The notes: a model not told the origin generated them from the letters alone. DNA of 63,806 nucleotides, filler included, from Reticulomyxa filosa (GCA_000512085.1; 20 parts of 20 records of this genome joined end to end with filler, not necessarily neighbours in it), one strand, 5' to 3'. Counted from the whole stretch's first letter, positions 11,220 to 24,901 are shown. A program made the numbers and translations.

Positions 11220-14200
11220 TTACGGACAATTGGCTTCAATGAAGAGTATTTCGTCAATAAGTGAGAGGAGTCTTTCAATTTTGCTATTGGGAACATCATT
11301 GCCACTACAAATTTTTTTTAGCTTTTCATGTATTTCCTGTGAGTTTTTATGTTTTTCCTCAAAAGAAAGAGTCTTGACCAACGCATAAGCCAACTGAAAT
11401 TCTTTGAATCCCACACATTCTATGCACTGACTGTTTTGTATATGGAATTATTTGCGCCAAATCCAAACATTATAAACAAATTTTTTTAGCAAAACTTTTT
11501 GATTTGTTGAATTCGATCTGCTAATCTTCCTGTAGGGATGTCTCCTGAAGACTCCGAAGAATTGTCACACTCGGGCTCGGTTTCACTGGCACTATTGTCT
11601 TCCTCTTCGTGATCAACTACAACGATTGCTTCGCATTTGTCATTGATGTTCTTGTTATCATTACTGTCACCGCCGTTGTCATTAATATCATAGTTCGGCT
11701 TGTCTTCATTGACGGAGTGTGTCTGAAGCTGTTGAAACTGCGCAGAAACTTGTTTTTCCTGTTTCACAAGCATTGACTCGATATCTGATCCAGAGTCATC
11801 ACTTTCTTCTGGTACAAGATAATCCACATTTTGCGAATCATCGATGCTCGATCCCACTTTGTTGTCCGCTGCTATTGTATCTTTGGGAAAAGGCAATTTA
11901 CGAAGCTCCTCAATCTCTGCTTCAATGTTTCCGTCTTCAATTTGATGCTCTTCCTCCTCTTCTTCTTCTTCTTCTTCTTCTTTTTTTCCCTCTGACAGTC
12001 TTTCTTGCTTTGTCTCGAAATTCTCACACAACATGCTCACTTCTTGTTTTTCGGGCAAGTGTAAATCATCACTGATCTTCAATAAGCTTTGTTGATTTAT
12101 CTCAGCTCCCCCACGCACCGCAAGCTTATTTAACTGTGCTTGCATCTTTCGAGAATGAAACTCCGACTGCGAGGCTTGCCTAAGTTCAAATGCTCTGGCA
12201 TCCGCTTCTGCACGTTTCCGTGCAAGCATGCGCTCCCTCGGATTCATCAGTGATGCCTCTGTATACTGATCTGCAACTACATTTTGGCTCAATTCACCCT
12301 CTGAGCGGCTATCATCGATGATAGAATTTACTCCTAAAGGTTGTTGAATTAAATTCGTTGAGCGAACCGGTGTCGAATGGACTGAACTGACCGTGTCTTG
12401 TTTTGAACTACATAACGCTCTTTCTTCGTTTTTTTCAATGTGCCTCTTTTTCAACTCATCCAAACGTTGTTGTACAAGTTCACGGCGTCTACGAACTTGC
12501 TCCAATATATCATACTCGTTCTGTATAACGACAAAAACATTGTTGTGATTGCACTTTTGTCCAACCAAAAGAAGCTCACTGAGTTAGGCAACTGGCTGAA
12601 ATTACAATGATTATTTGCTAGAACATCGTCACAATTGTTCCCAAGATTGTTATTGCTTACTCCCCGTTGTTGTGGATTTAAAAAAATCTTTTTTATTGGC
12701 TGATGCGTTATTTTGAAACAAAACTGCTTTTGTTGTTTTTGGGTGTAAAAAGGAGACATCATTCACACTGAACTTGTCATTCTCTTGAATTTTACTTTTC
12801 CTGTCTAAAAAATGATATTGTACGAAACTGTCGCTTTGTTGCTGCATTTGATCATTTATATTTGCTTCTGTTTTTTCTGTTGTTGGAGATTTTTCCTGTT
12901 CAGTGTTTGAATCTTTTCTCCTATTAGAACGGATGCCCTATATGTTCACGAAACACTGAGTGTTATAATATAGTGAGAAAGTCAAGAAAAAAGATACCTT
13001 TTTCTTTTTGTTTGAGTTTATGTCTATTCTTTCGACTATTTTCTTTGATTGGGCCTTTTTTGCATTATATAATTGGCCGTTTTGTGAACAACTTCTACGT
13101 ACAGACGGAGGATACCGATTTTTTAGGCAACTATTCAATTTTGCATTTTTACTGTCTTGATTGGAAAAGGGTTTTGAAATTTTTTTCTTGTATTGATTTT
13201 GTCCCCATTGTCGTTCTTGTTTTAATTTAAGGGCGGCTATTTCCATATTTAAATTGGGTTGCATTTCTTGTTGAGCGTGCTTCTTCACTATGGACCCCGT
13301 TTTACACGAATTTGTTGTATCCTGAATATTTTTTTTTTATTTCCTTTTTTAAGTAAAAATGTTGTGCTCAGTTCTTCCATATTATCAAAGATCCAATCCA
13401 TATTTAAATCTTTGCGAATTTGTAACTCCAAATTTTGGTAAGCTTTTTCCGATAAGAGATTATTGTTGTATTTTTGGTGGGCTGAAACACAATAGTCGCG
13501 TATACGTGACTTCAGCCAATCCATTTTCCCCAAGACTTGTCCTAAATCTGGACGACTACTAGGATTAATATTTAAAAGTTGGTTTATCAGCTCCCTTGTC
13601 TCTTTGGAACACATTGAGATAGGAATTGATTGGAACCGTCCTTTGATTATTTTCTGTGCCAACAAATTAAGATTACCAGCATTGAAAGCGTGATTGAAAG
13701 TTACAATTTCATAAAGGACGCAGCCTAATGCCCACATCTATGTGTATATAATCTTTTTATCCTCGAGACTGATATAAAAAAAAATTAAATTAATAATAAT
13801 GCAAATGCAACAAATAAGGTTTGTGCTGTCGTTTACATCAGATTTGAAGTCGTAGGGTTTGCCTTCGAAAACTTCAGGACTCATATAATACGGTGTTCCG
13901 ATGATAGTTTGTGCAAACTCCATGGGCTCTGTTAGCACTTTGGAAATTCCAAAGTCGCCCAATTTCAATTGTCCGTTTTGTATAAAAATATTTTGACTTT
14001 TTAAGTCCCGATGCAAGATATTTCTGCAATGTACAAAATGTAGAGCCAATCCGATTTGCACAAACATATCTTGCACTTGTTTTTCCGTTAGATGTTTTCC
14101 TTTTTGAGATTTTAAAAAATTAGTTAAATCTCCTCCTTCGCAATAAGTCATGACAACACATAAAAATGTCTCCGATGTGGTCGTATGAAGAAATGATTCT

Positions 14201-14400
14201 TCATAGCCAACGATGCAAGGATGATTTAACTGTTCTAACAATTGAACTTCCAAATGACACATTTCGCGTTCTTTGGCAGAAACACTCCCAATTTTCATTT
14301 GTTTCAATACAAAATATTCCATGTCCTTTTTCCGTCTCACTAGCGTTACGCCGCCAAAAGAACCTTTTCCAATGGGCCGAACCACTTCATATCTTTGCAT
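11220..14400 (-). CDS. NEK1: NIMA-related Ser/Thr kinase (NEK1-like), multi-exon, long coiled-coil/acidic C-terminus
   Basis: GKGSFG, VLK, HRDLKSQNIF, LGDFG, GTPYYMSPE, PYDFKSD|MWALGC (intron 13836-13738). C-terminal GRLADRIQQIK and F..AY helix are typical of NEK1/4. One apparent frameshift in the A-run at about 13329-13338. Confidence 0.9.
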
Positions 14401-14873
14401 TTTATTTTTTCTTTTTTTTTGTATTATATTAATTTTTGTTATATTTTAATTATGAGATCTGCAACGTTTTAAAAGATACGCAATCAAATGCTGAACAAAA
14501 AATATGCTCAGATAAAATGGGTTATTGTTCGGATTGCTTTTTATTTTATTTTCTCTTCAAATTTATCCTCAATTGTATTTTTTTCAACAATCACGTCGAA
14601 TGATTAGTCATGTATTTTATCACTTAAGTTTTGACAAATGACAAAAATAAATCAATAAAGCAAGTACTATTCAATTTTACATTGTTGAAGAACCAATATA
14701 TTGAAAAGAAATTTAACTCGTGTTTTTTTCTTCAATTTTTAAATGAAAAATAAAAAAATGATCATACATCGATTCTGAGCGCAAAAAGTCATTTTTTCTA
14801 AAGAAGACAGCTCCAAAAAAAACAACGCTCTATAAACTACTTTAAGCTTCCGTCTTTAAGGGATAAAAATTAA

Positions 14874-16611
14874 ATGCACGGAAATCAAAAATTTTACAAG
14901 AATGGCCGTTTGACTGATGCAGCCAGAGAAAAACTCAACCAAAGACTAAAAGAGGAAAATGCAAAGGCGCAAAACTTGTCCAATGAATATGGCAATAACC
15001 AGGTTCTGTGCTTTCCATCTTAAAGTATCGAACATATCAAAATATCCTACTTACGATAAAAAACAACAGTCAAAAGTAAGCCAAAAGAATTGTGAGAAAA
15101 GTTATGACAAATCAACAAATTATCACATGTTGATGACTCCCAACGAACAGTTAGAAGCGACGGAAATTCCTCGACCACAAACTCAAACAAAACAACAAGC
15201 TCAGGATGAACATGTTAATAGAAAACCCCTTTCAACAAGATTTTTTTTAAACCACCGATTTTTTGTTTCTTTTCTCATTAAAGGATCTAAATTGGGTCTC
15301 TTTGACCGCCTACAATCAAAAAATGTTCGAAGCTGAAGAAAGATTACAAAAGAAAACGCAAAAAGTAACAACAGAAAAAACTCGGAAAATGTTAGTTGGT
15401 CAAATTACTGAACAACAGCAACAAAGAGAAAAAGAAGAACAAGTTAAGTTCATTGAAATAAAAAATTGAATAAATATTTAAAGGAAGATGACAATATTGA
15501 TTGCGGATACAATCTAATCGTTTTCATAGGAACGAGAAAAATACCGCAAAGAGTTGCAAATGAAATATCGTGCAGATGATGAAGAGTTCAAGAAACAACA
15601 ATTACAAACATATGAAAAAACTCAACAATTGAAACAGGCCAGAGAAAAAGAAATACAGCAACTGGGAGTCAGGAGACGTCGCGAGGAAAGAAAATTACAC
15701 CAACATGAGATCTATGAAACACATAAATTTGAAGAAGAGTTGAAACAAACAAAGAAAAGCGATGACCTTAAACGAGTCCAAGAAATGGTGGCATTGCAAC
15801 GAATGCTGCACGAAAATGAAAAACAAAAGCTAATTAAAGAAGAAGAGAGACAAAACGAAGAAAAAGAAGCAGTTCGCTTGCAAAAAATACATGCTAAAAT
15901 GTTGGAAGAACAAGAGAAGTCACGTGAGAAGCAATTGCAAGCAACATATAATAAATATCAAAAAAAAGTCGAAGCAGTGATGGCTACCTTTAGCAGCACG
16001 AATACATGTTATACATTTTACTGAATTTTTTTGAACGCCCTTTTTGAACTTGTCCTATCTTTTTCTTACTTTATATAATTTGTATTTTATGCGTTACTGA
16101 AGATACAAGCGATGCTGTTGTTGCAAAAGAATTAAAAATTCGTCAACAAGCTGAAGATGAAAAAATACGAGCGAATGAAAAAAAAAGAAAGCACGAAATG
16201 TTAAATTGTCATCAAATTCTTGTTGAACAAATCAAAGAAAAGCAAAAAAATCTACGTGAAGAAATTCAAAAAGATAGAGATTATGGTAAAATGCTCAAAG
16301 AAGATGTTCAATTATCAAAGCAGCAATTTGAAGAAGAAAGAAAAACCAAACTGCAAAAAACAAAAGAGCAGTCAAGATACTTGCAAAGACAGATCAGGTA
16401 CAGTGGAGTAAAACAAATATGTTTTCTATATATCAAAACTGGTTTGGAAGAATAGTTTATTTATGTATTTTCTTTTTTCAGAGAGTCTGAGCTAAGAAAA
16501 TTACAAGCAAAGACCGAAATGGACGAAACAGAAAAAGCAATGAATAAAAAGTTGTTGGACAAAATTTGGAGTGACCAACACCCCGGAGAAGTAAAAGTAA
16601 CACAAAACTGA
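14874..16611 (+). CDS. E/K/Q-rich coiled-coil protein (TPH/ciliary microtubule-inner-protein-like), multi-exon
   Basis: Successive exons 15283-15443, 15530-16000, 16100-16397 and 16481-16611 (approximate). Contains LNWVSL..YNQKMFEAEER...RKMLVGQ and L..QI repeats. The family assignment is tentative. Confidence 0.65.
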
Positions 16612-16877
16612 CACATGCTTGATAATTTGCCATTTTGAGAGAACAATGAAAGTGTGTGTTTTTCATGTTTGATAAATTTTAAGTCCTGTACTTTACAATT
16701 CCTAGTGCTTTTTTTTTTTATAAAAAAAAAAGAGCTAGTACTGTGAATATATTTTTCTCGAGCTCAGTTTGACTACTTGTACCACGAGTGCAAGAAATGC
16801 TATACTCCTTGCACTCATTTATGGCATTTTTTGGTTTGTCACATGGATATTTGTACATAAAAAAAAAAAAACGCCAA

Positions 16878-17868
16878 CTAGGTGAGCAAAAGTGGTTTAT
16901 CTATTAAGGGCTCACAACCAAACACACTCATTCCATGTATGTGTATGGCAATGGCACACACTTGAAAATACACGCTTGATTCGCACTTGTAGCGAAGCAA
17001 CAGAGCCAACAACCACGCCCATATGGCGTGATGCATATGAAATGAGTTGTTATTCGTTAGAGTGCACAAATATCGCACCGTCAACAGATAGCCAATAATA
17101 GAAGCCAATCCGGCGATATACAACGTCCCTTCGCCACACTCCATGTGTCCATAAACATTTCGAGAAAGCACATATATTAGCAATCCAAATGTTATGAATA
17201 ACACAACCACCGCTTCAATTCAAACAAAAACAAAAAAGTGTTGGGATATCAAATGTAATAACAGTCCATACATATACATGTGCATACACAGTTTTTCAGA
17301 ACAAACCAGAAATTGATGATTGGAAATTGCTGGAAAGTTGAATGCTTTCCGGACAAATTTCAAATGTTAATGTATATATAAGCAATTGGTACGCAAGTAG
17401 GCCATAGTATCTGAAGTTGTTCCGTTGATGTGCTAATATCAAGGGCAATCCACAGAAAAATATGCTTTCATCCGTTACTGGAATTGTGAGCAGCTTGTCT
17501 TGAAGGTTACCACAATAAAAAAGTAGCACTCCACGCAACGTCACATTGAACATATCTTCCAAATGTAACGCGTAGGATTTCTGATTACTTCGAAAGTTTA
17601 ATGTCACTACCACGATACGACATGCTATATAAAACAAGTTCAACGTCACGCACCATCCGATTATCGTCCTAACAACAGTTTGTTTCGGATTGATGCTATT
17701 TTCTGAGCTTGTTGGAACTAACGAATACACGTAGGGGCTATGTTCCTCTATTATTCCACGAGGACGCCACTTTCGCTGGGAATATTGTCGTATTTCTTTC
17801 AAAACAAACCATATACCAGGGATTATAAACAAGGCAAAGTTTATGAGACACTGTGCTTCTGCTGACAT
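16878..17868 (-). CDS. Multi-pass membrane protein, two exons
   Basis: ORFs 17296-17868 and 16878-17210 separated by a short intron. Several hydrophobic helices, with HMHHAIW and HIHG His motifs. Confidence 0.7.
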
Positions 17869-18109
17869 TATGATTCTCGTTTAAATAATATGGGATTCAA
17901 TTACTTGTTGAAGACATTGTCCTTTGGGGAAAAGCCTTGCGGGAAAATGATTCCTGGCTATTTATTTGTTCAAAAAAGAAATAGATTGTTGAGATAAAAG
18001 AGAAAGCGAAACAAAAACTTGAAAAGTGAACTATTGACCGCTATAAAAGAAAAAAGCAAATAAACGAACAAAGAACCATTATTTTTTGCATGGAAATGTG
18101 GAGAATATG

Positions 18110-19499
18110 TCAAGTAAGTTTGAAAGGTTGAATGTGTGCAAGACGTTGGTAATACCCTTCCTCCTGTTTGTGTTGCGACGCTCGAAAGTCGGTCATGCAA
18201 CAGAGCTCTAATTTATTGAGAAATTGGACTCCAATATTGGAAAGCCAAGGACATTTTTCATTGGCTAATTCGAACAACAATTTGCAAGGATAAGTGAGCG
18301 CAGCATTGCGCTTCCCTTTGCCCAATAAACTCAATTTCATCAAAGTGATGTGTGCCTCAAACTTATCCGACTGTTGAATGAAATGTCCACACTGCTGTTG
18401 CAAGCACGTGTGCAAGGCGTGGAATACGTTTTCGAGTTTGTCTTTGTTGTCGTTGTTGACCACACCGACGTGGACAACGCGTTCTTTGAAGTGGCCCAGT
18501 CCACCGATCGTGAGTCCGACACTAAGTTTGGAGGGAACCAAGCGCTGGAACAATGTATCGCCAAAGCGATTGAACGCCTGGATAGTCTCAAACACGTTTT
18601 CGTCCGTGGGAATATGCAGCGCACTAATGGTAATATGAAAGTTGTCACTATTTGTTAGCGACTGTCGATAAAATGTTGGCAGAAATGGGGCGTTGATTAG
18701 TGTGTCCTGCAGCACTTTCAATCGCTTCAAACACATTTGATCCGTGATTCGGAGTGCGATAAAATAGTTTGGAGGGCATTTCTTTGACCCCTTTCCATTG
18801 CCCAACTTTCTCGAAGACAATGGTCGATCTACGGCTCCTCCACGTTCCTCGTCTACATTCCATGTCTCTTGGTCCTTCAATGTCTGTGTCTTTTGATCAT
18901 GCGCTTCGCTCTCCTTGTTTGTGCCATCCTTGGAAAATGCTCGCTTTTTCTTGTTACCTGTTGGCTGCTACATTGTATGTGGATTGACGTCTGCCAATCA
19001 AATTGCATTTTTTGATTGGTTACTCTTTTTGTTTTGCAAAATAAAAAGGCACATTTTTTTTTACATTTAGAGATGAGGTCTCGAGTTGTGACTTTGGATT
19101 GCCGCGGGGCAGATTTGCATTGTAATACTGTTGAAATTCTTCGTGCTGAAAGATGACCTGATCTAACGCACGGTCGTCGCGTAGTGTCGAAATGTTGTGT
19201 TCGGATTCTGGTTTTAACATACACAATGCCGATAACGGATCATTGGCTGACGCTTCACCGCCCATGTCTCCTTGTTCTACTTCGTCCCTCTCATTGTCAT
19301 TATCATGCTCGGTTTGTTCTTCGATGACCTTTGAAGTAAGCGCAAGTTTTGCTATGTCAGTTTGTGATGCTTGGTTCGCGGTTTTTCTACTTTCTAGTTC
19401 TTCAATCATCCTTTTTGATTTCTCTTGGGATGATTCTTCTTTCATCATTCGATATCTGCGTCGTGGTCGGACGCGTTGAGGTTTATCCTCTTCATTCAT
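18110..19499 (-). CDS. AKAP7-like 2H phosphoesterase (2',5'-phosphodiesterase/LigT fold) with charged N-terminal extension
   Basis: PNYFIALRI, two HxT motifs (NFHITI, EAHITL) and C-terminal EEGYY. Exon 1 (19499 to about 19066) can splice via GTAAAA...TAG to exon 2 (about 18967-18110). Confidence 0.85.
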
Positions 19500-22435
19500 G
19501 TCGTATTACGGGACCTTTTTTGAGCTTTTACTTTTGGGACTTTTAGAAACAAGACGTCCTGCTTGCATATTGTATACTTTTAATTTTTTTAGTATGAAGA
19601 GCTAACCATATCTCAATTCTACATTTGCAATTAAAAATAGGCACGTTGCAGTTTTCAGATATTGTAGGTGATTTTTTATGCATCATTAATAAGAGCTGCT
19701 TATTTTTGGAATTAATTCGCGCATAGAGCATGCATACCGAATATTTATATTTTCTGTTACTTTTTAAAGGGCAGTAATATTTCAAGCTGTATTCCTTATC
19801 CAATATAACATGTACTGCAATACCCTAATAATTGAAGAAGTTCCATATGAACGAGTGAACCTTTTTTCCTCAACAACATTCACTGTCTTCTTCTTTACTT
19901 TTCTGTTTTCTTATTTCTTTACTTGGTAATGCCCATCACTCTTCATACAAACATAACAAAAAATAAGTGAATATTATCGAGTATTTGTTTTTATTTGAGT
20001 TTTTTTTATCACAATTAACCATTTATTTTTTTCTCAAAGATAGACATATTTCGATGATTATTTGTTTATGAAAACTTCTTAATTTTGTTATTATAATTTT
20101 CATTTTTAAAATTCAATATTATTAATTTCTTTTTAAAGCAAAGATTTTTAGATTTTCTGTACGCTAATTTACGTTTATTTGAAAATTTAGCAATTTTGGT
20201 ATTATTCAAATTGAATACAAACAAAAAAGATTTGTTGATATGTGATGTATAGACAATTTCGAGAAAAAAAAATTCATTTATCATCGATATTAACTTTTGA
20301 CAAAAAAGTTATATTTTGAATGTGAAAACGTATGAAATTGCAAGATAATTATACACTTAAGTGTTTTTGAAAGTATTTTGAAAATCGAGATTAGAGATTT
20401 CGAAACGAGTATAGTCAAGAAATTCGTAAAAGTAAAGAAGTTAAGAAAGAAACTTTTATTTTTTTACTACTTGAAATCTTTTTATAGTAGGAATATTTTG
20501 AACATTGTGGAAATTGTGTGTATTTTACAGCATTTGGTTCTTTGTTTGGAGAATTATTTGTTGCAGTTTATTTGGATATAGTGGTTGTAGTATGTCATTT
20601 AGCATAAATTACTACACTACTAACAGTAAGACACATGAAGTTAAAAGAAAGAGTCTTTTACAGCAGCGAAGTGCTAACAAGAAAACCGTTGGCAAGGCTA
20701 ACTGGCCAATTAAAGTAGAGTAGACAATGTCATTTTTTAGTGAAGTTATTAAGCAGAGAGGGAAACGGTATCAATAAAGACAACAACAGGTACATTACTT
20801 AATCGATTGCTGGTCCTAATTTATTGATTAAAAATTGGATTGTTAACCAATCAAAGATATTGCAAAAAGATATTGTTATTGATGCAGATATTATTTTTTA
20901 TTTTATTTTACTAAAACAAGTAAATCACTCAAACGTGAATACAGTATTAAATAATACAATACGTTACAAAAAGTAACTGACAAATAACATTCAAGCTTCA
21001 ACATTGAGCAATAATTTTAATTAGGTGAAGATAAAAAATGCATCATTTTATATCATTTCAAAAAGATTTCAGTTTAATCCACAAAACTTTTGTGATTATC
21101 ACAAAGCTGATTGACTTGTATCTCAGAGGGAATACAAGGGTCAGATTATAAATCTCAATCAAATTAAAATGGATAAAATCCAACACTATCCGTTATCACG
21201 ATTACAAAATTGAATAAAACTATTGCAATCAAAAAACAAACATAAAAATTGATGAAACATTTCAAGTCGTTGGTTTCCTGGCCTTCGGGGGTATTTTTCT
21301 TTGATTTTCGGTCCTTAAGTAGTTTCCAGGCATTCAGGGGCTTTCGATTGCCTTTTCTTTGGTTTTAGGGAATTTAGTGACCTTTTCTGCTAGGAGCATG
21401 AGGCTACTCGCACGTTGCTGGCACGAGCGCTTTCCTCGTATCTTAATGAGCTGCCGGGTAGCGATGATTTTGGCATTCTTGCCACTAACTTTTGCTAGAC
21501 TGTTACCACCTGTTGACTTTTAGCTAGCCAATGATGAAGGGGGATATATATATTTTTTTTATGTAGATATGCATAATGGGGAATCAATCGATTTTCTGAA
21601 TTTGGAGATTATGTTTAAAATGAAACATCAAGCAAAAAATTGAGGCATTTTGCACTTATTGTTATTTCACAAGATAATCGATCAAATGAATCGAAAGAAC
21701 AACAAGAATACAAGAAGAAAAAAAAGAAATAAACGAAAAGAATATATAGAAGCAAAAAATGAATGTTAGAAAGAATTTTTCTGCAAGAATTACTAACATT
21801 AGTAATTGGCCCTGTTAATGGACATTCATTGAAATCACAAAAATCGATATTGAAGATATTTGGGAAAAATGGTAAGATATTGGCAGCGACAATTAAGGTA
21901 CATACATTATCACGACAACATTTGGAGAACAAAAAGTTAATGAAAACGGAAAAGAGAATCAAAAAAAAGAAGCAAAGAACTATGAAATGCTTTATATATA
22001 ATTTTGGATTGTTGAAGAAACAAACAAATAAAACACAACAAATCCAGAAATAACAAGAAAGAAATGTAAGTATTGCGGAAGGAATAATCATGCATTCGAA
22101 GATTGTTTCCACAAGAAGAACAAGGAAAGGCAATCACGATAGTGATTTGACTGTTATTCAAAAGACAAGACAAAAAATTGTTAAAAAGGACAAGTAAAAC
22201 AACAAGAAAGAGGAAATAAAAAATACTTTTCAAATTCCAAGATAAAAACAATAAAAAGAACAAAGAGAAAAAGAAGTTAATCAACAACGATAATGAATAT
22301 AATCAATGAAATTATATTCCAGAACATCAACTGCCNNNNNNNNNNNNNNNNNNNNNNNNNNNNNNNNNNNNNNNNNNNNTTAATTAATTAANNNNNNNNN
22401 NNNNNNNNNNNNNNNNNNNNNNNNNNNNNNNNNNN

Positions 22436-22753
22436 TTCAATTGTTCAATGGACATATAGATGTTGTATGGTCTGTTGAATATTCACCATTTGTAATAAAG
22501 AATAGTATTGGTAATTCGAATGTGATATGTTCTGGTCATGGGTAATACAATTCAATTTTGGGATATTCGATCAAATAAGAATGAATTATATATGATCAAA
22601 GGAGATAAGAAAGAAGATGATGGAATAATTTGTCTTAAATTCATTTTATTGAAAAAGAAAGATAAGACAAAGAATTTTACATATGATTTGAATTTGTGTT
22701 ATGGTTCATTGAAAGGTCCCATTCATATTTGGGATAATTTACTTTTTTGTTGA
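22436..22753 (+). pseudogene. WD40-repeat gene, 3' end, frameshifted
   Basis: LFNGHIDVVWSVEYSPFVIKNSIGNSNVICSG, then a frameshift to NTIQFWDIRSNKNEL...LNLCYGSLKGPIHIW. Confidence 0.85.
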
Positions 22754-23219
22754 ATAAGAAATGAAAGTGTTTTTGTTTGAAAAGTTTGATTTAAAAAAAG
22801 TAATGTGATATTAAGCATGTTTGATTTGATTGAATGCCGTCATTGAAAGATGTGTTTTATCTTTGTTGTTTAAAAATATTCAAAAAGTTACGTTCAATGT
22901 TTTTTAAAGCATTCAAAAGCGTAATTAATGAAAATTGTATTCAAATATCAAAATAAATTGCAAGATATTTCAAGTATTGCGTTTTCTTCATTGCAAATCA
23001 CTACTAATTTTTAGATAGTCTTTTTTTTTCTGTTTGATATTGTTTTTTATATAGTAGCGAACACTCAAAACAGGATAAAGTTAAAGAGCAATAGTGTACA
23101 TTATCAAAAAGCAACATTTTCTCCTGAAGTAAGACATGGATGATCACTACGGTGTTTCACAAGTGTTTTTGTTCATCTTTCAAATACTTTGAGTTTTTCC
23201 AAATACTTCCTTTCATTAA

Positions 23220-23455
23220 TAAGCCAGTTTGATTGCCTACTTTTCAAATATAATTCTATATCCATCTGACAAAAATTTTGCATCAAATGCACCATCCAAT
23301 AATTGAATTTGTCTTTCTGATTATATGTCACATATTCGAATTGTCTCAGATGAAAATTGAATTCTCTTCACTTCCGCTTGTGCTATGGCAATATCTTCTT
23401 CCATTTCTTGTTTTCTTGATTTTTGACACAGTAATATTTTTCAGACGAATATCTT
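23220..23455 (-). pseudogene. Heavily degraded WD40-repeat remnant
   Basis: Minus-strand TIRICDI*SERQIQLLDGAFDAKFLSDGYRII resembles WD40 units, with stops and frameshifts. Confidence 0.5.
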
Positions 23456-24258
23456 TATACACAATCCTTACAGATACAAACAAATGAACTGTGGAATATT
23501 ACATTTCTACAAAAAATGTTTCGGTCAAATTGGAGCTTGACCATTTTTTTTTAGAATTAATTTATGTGATCCAATCTTTTAAAAAGATTAGTTTGTTATC
23601 ACAACCTAATAACGAAAAATCAAAATTATATTTAAAAGCATGATTTACAAAATCTTAACTGTACTTCTTTACAATTTATTTCATCTACTATATTTCATAA
23701 TAATTTTATCAAAATCATCGACCCATACTAACTTTACTTTAAAGTTCGAATCCAATATTGAGTAATAAATTTTATTTCATTTTTTTTATTTTTGTTTTCT
23801 TCGTTCATTTTACTTATCAATGAAAGGAATGTAAGACAATTTATTATCAAGGTTTGTTGCCTTCGAGAATCTACTTAACTCAAAAATATCTGTTTACGTG
23901 TCCCCTGCGGACAAGCCTGTGTTTTCCACTTCTTCATCTATGTACAAACAAATTGATTTTAAATAAACAAATTATCGCCTCAAATCTAGAGAAATAAAGT
24001 GAAATATTGCTTTTGCTATCGTCATGTTTTGTTGCACTTGTCATAATAGCTATCTGCTCGCTGTTACCAGAACTTTTGTTTAAAGTATTTTTTTTACAAC
24101 CAAAGAGGTGCTCGTCCTGTATAAAGAAAAGACAAAATAGACTTTTTAAAGCATTCCAAATAAATATAATAATGATTTTTTAAATAAGCTATAGATTGCG
24201 ATATTAATTTACGACAAGTAAAAGTTCAGTAACCCAGCTGAACTCTTCGACATTGGAG

Positions 24259-24870
24259 ATGCCTCGTCTATTAGGAATAAAGAAGTGGATTATCATTCCA
24301 GCTTTTGCGTGCGGTACTTCTTTTGCATTTTTTTTTTTTATAGCATTGCGAGAACATATGTATTCTTTATTGAATCTCTGATGACGTTTGGAAGGGAGGG
24401 GGCACATTGGGAAACGACATATTTAAAACAATTGAAACTAAGCGACGTACTCAGTGTGGCAAGGACAAGACCATTTGCGACTGTGGTACAACAACTCTGG
24501 CGGAGGTGAAGGTTCAAGCAAGGGAGTAAGCGGCAACAGCACGAATCGATTGGTGTTTGTGCAAGTGTATCATAGACATGGTGATCGGACTCCGTTGGTG
24601 TGTTTACATAAAAACCATGACTTGGAAACGAAAATGTGGAGCCACTTGGTGTGCAAAAGCTATACCCCATATGTGCTACCAGCGCACTTGGAAACCGACA
24701 GAGACAGTGTAGTAGAAACAGAAGACGCTCATCATGTGCATACCCACGACGCGGATGCCGATCCACATGAGAAAAAGGAGTCCGAAAAAATATGCCAGTG
24801 GAAGAATATCGCACAGCGATTGCGAGGCACGTATCTTGTGCATTCTGACGACAATTACTATGGTTAATTT

Positions 24871-24901
<31 letters not shown>

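Noticed and set aside
2679-19499. RtcB plus 2H phosphoesterase as an RNA-repair gene cluster
   Set aside because: Three spacers separate them, so they are on different contigs and proximity carries no information.
23744-23753. GTTCGAATCC tRNA T-loop/B-box
   Set aside because: No T-stem, acceptor stem or D-arm in the AT-rich flanks.
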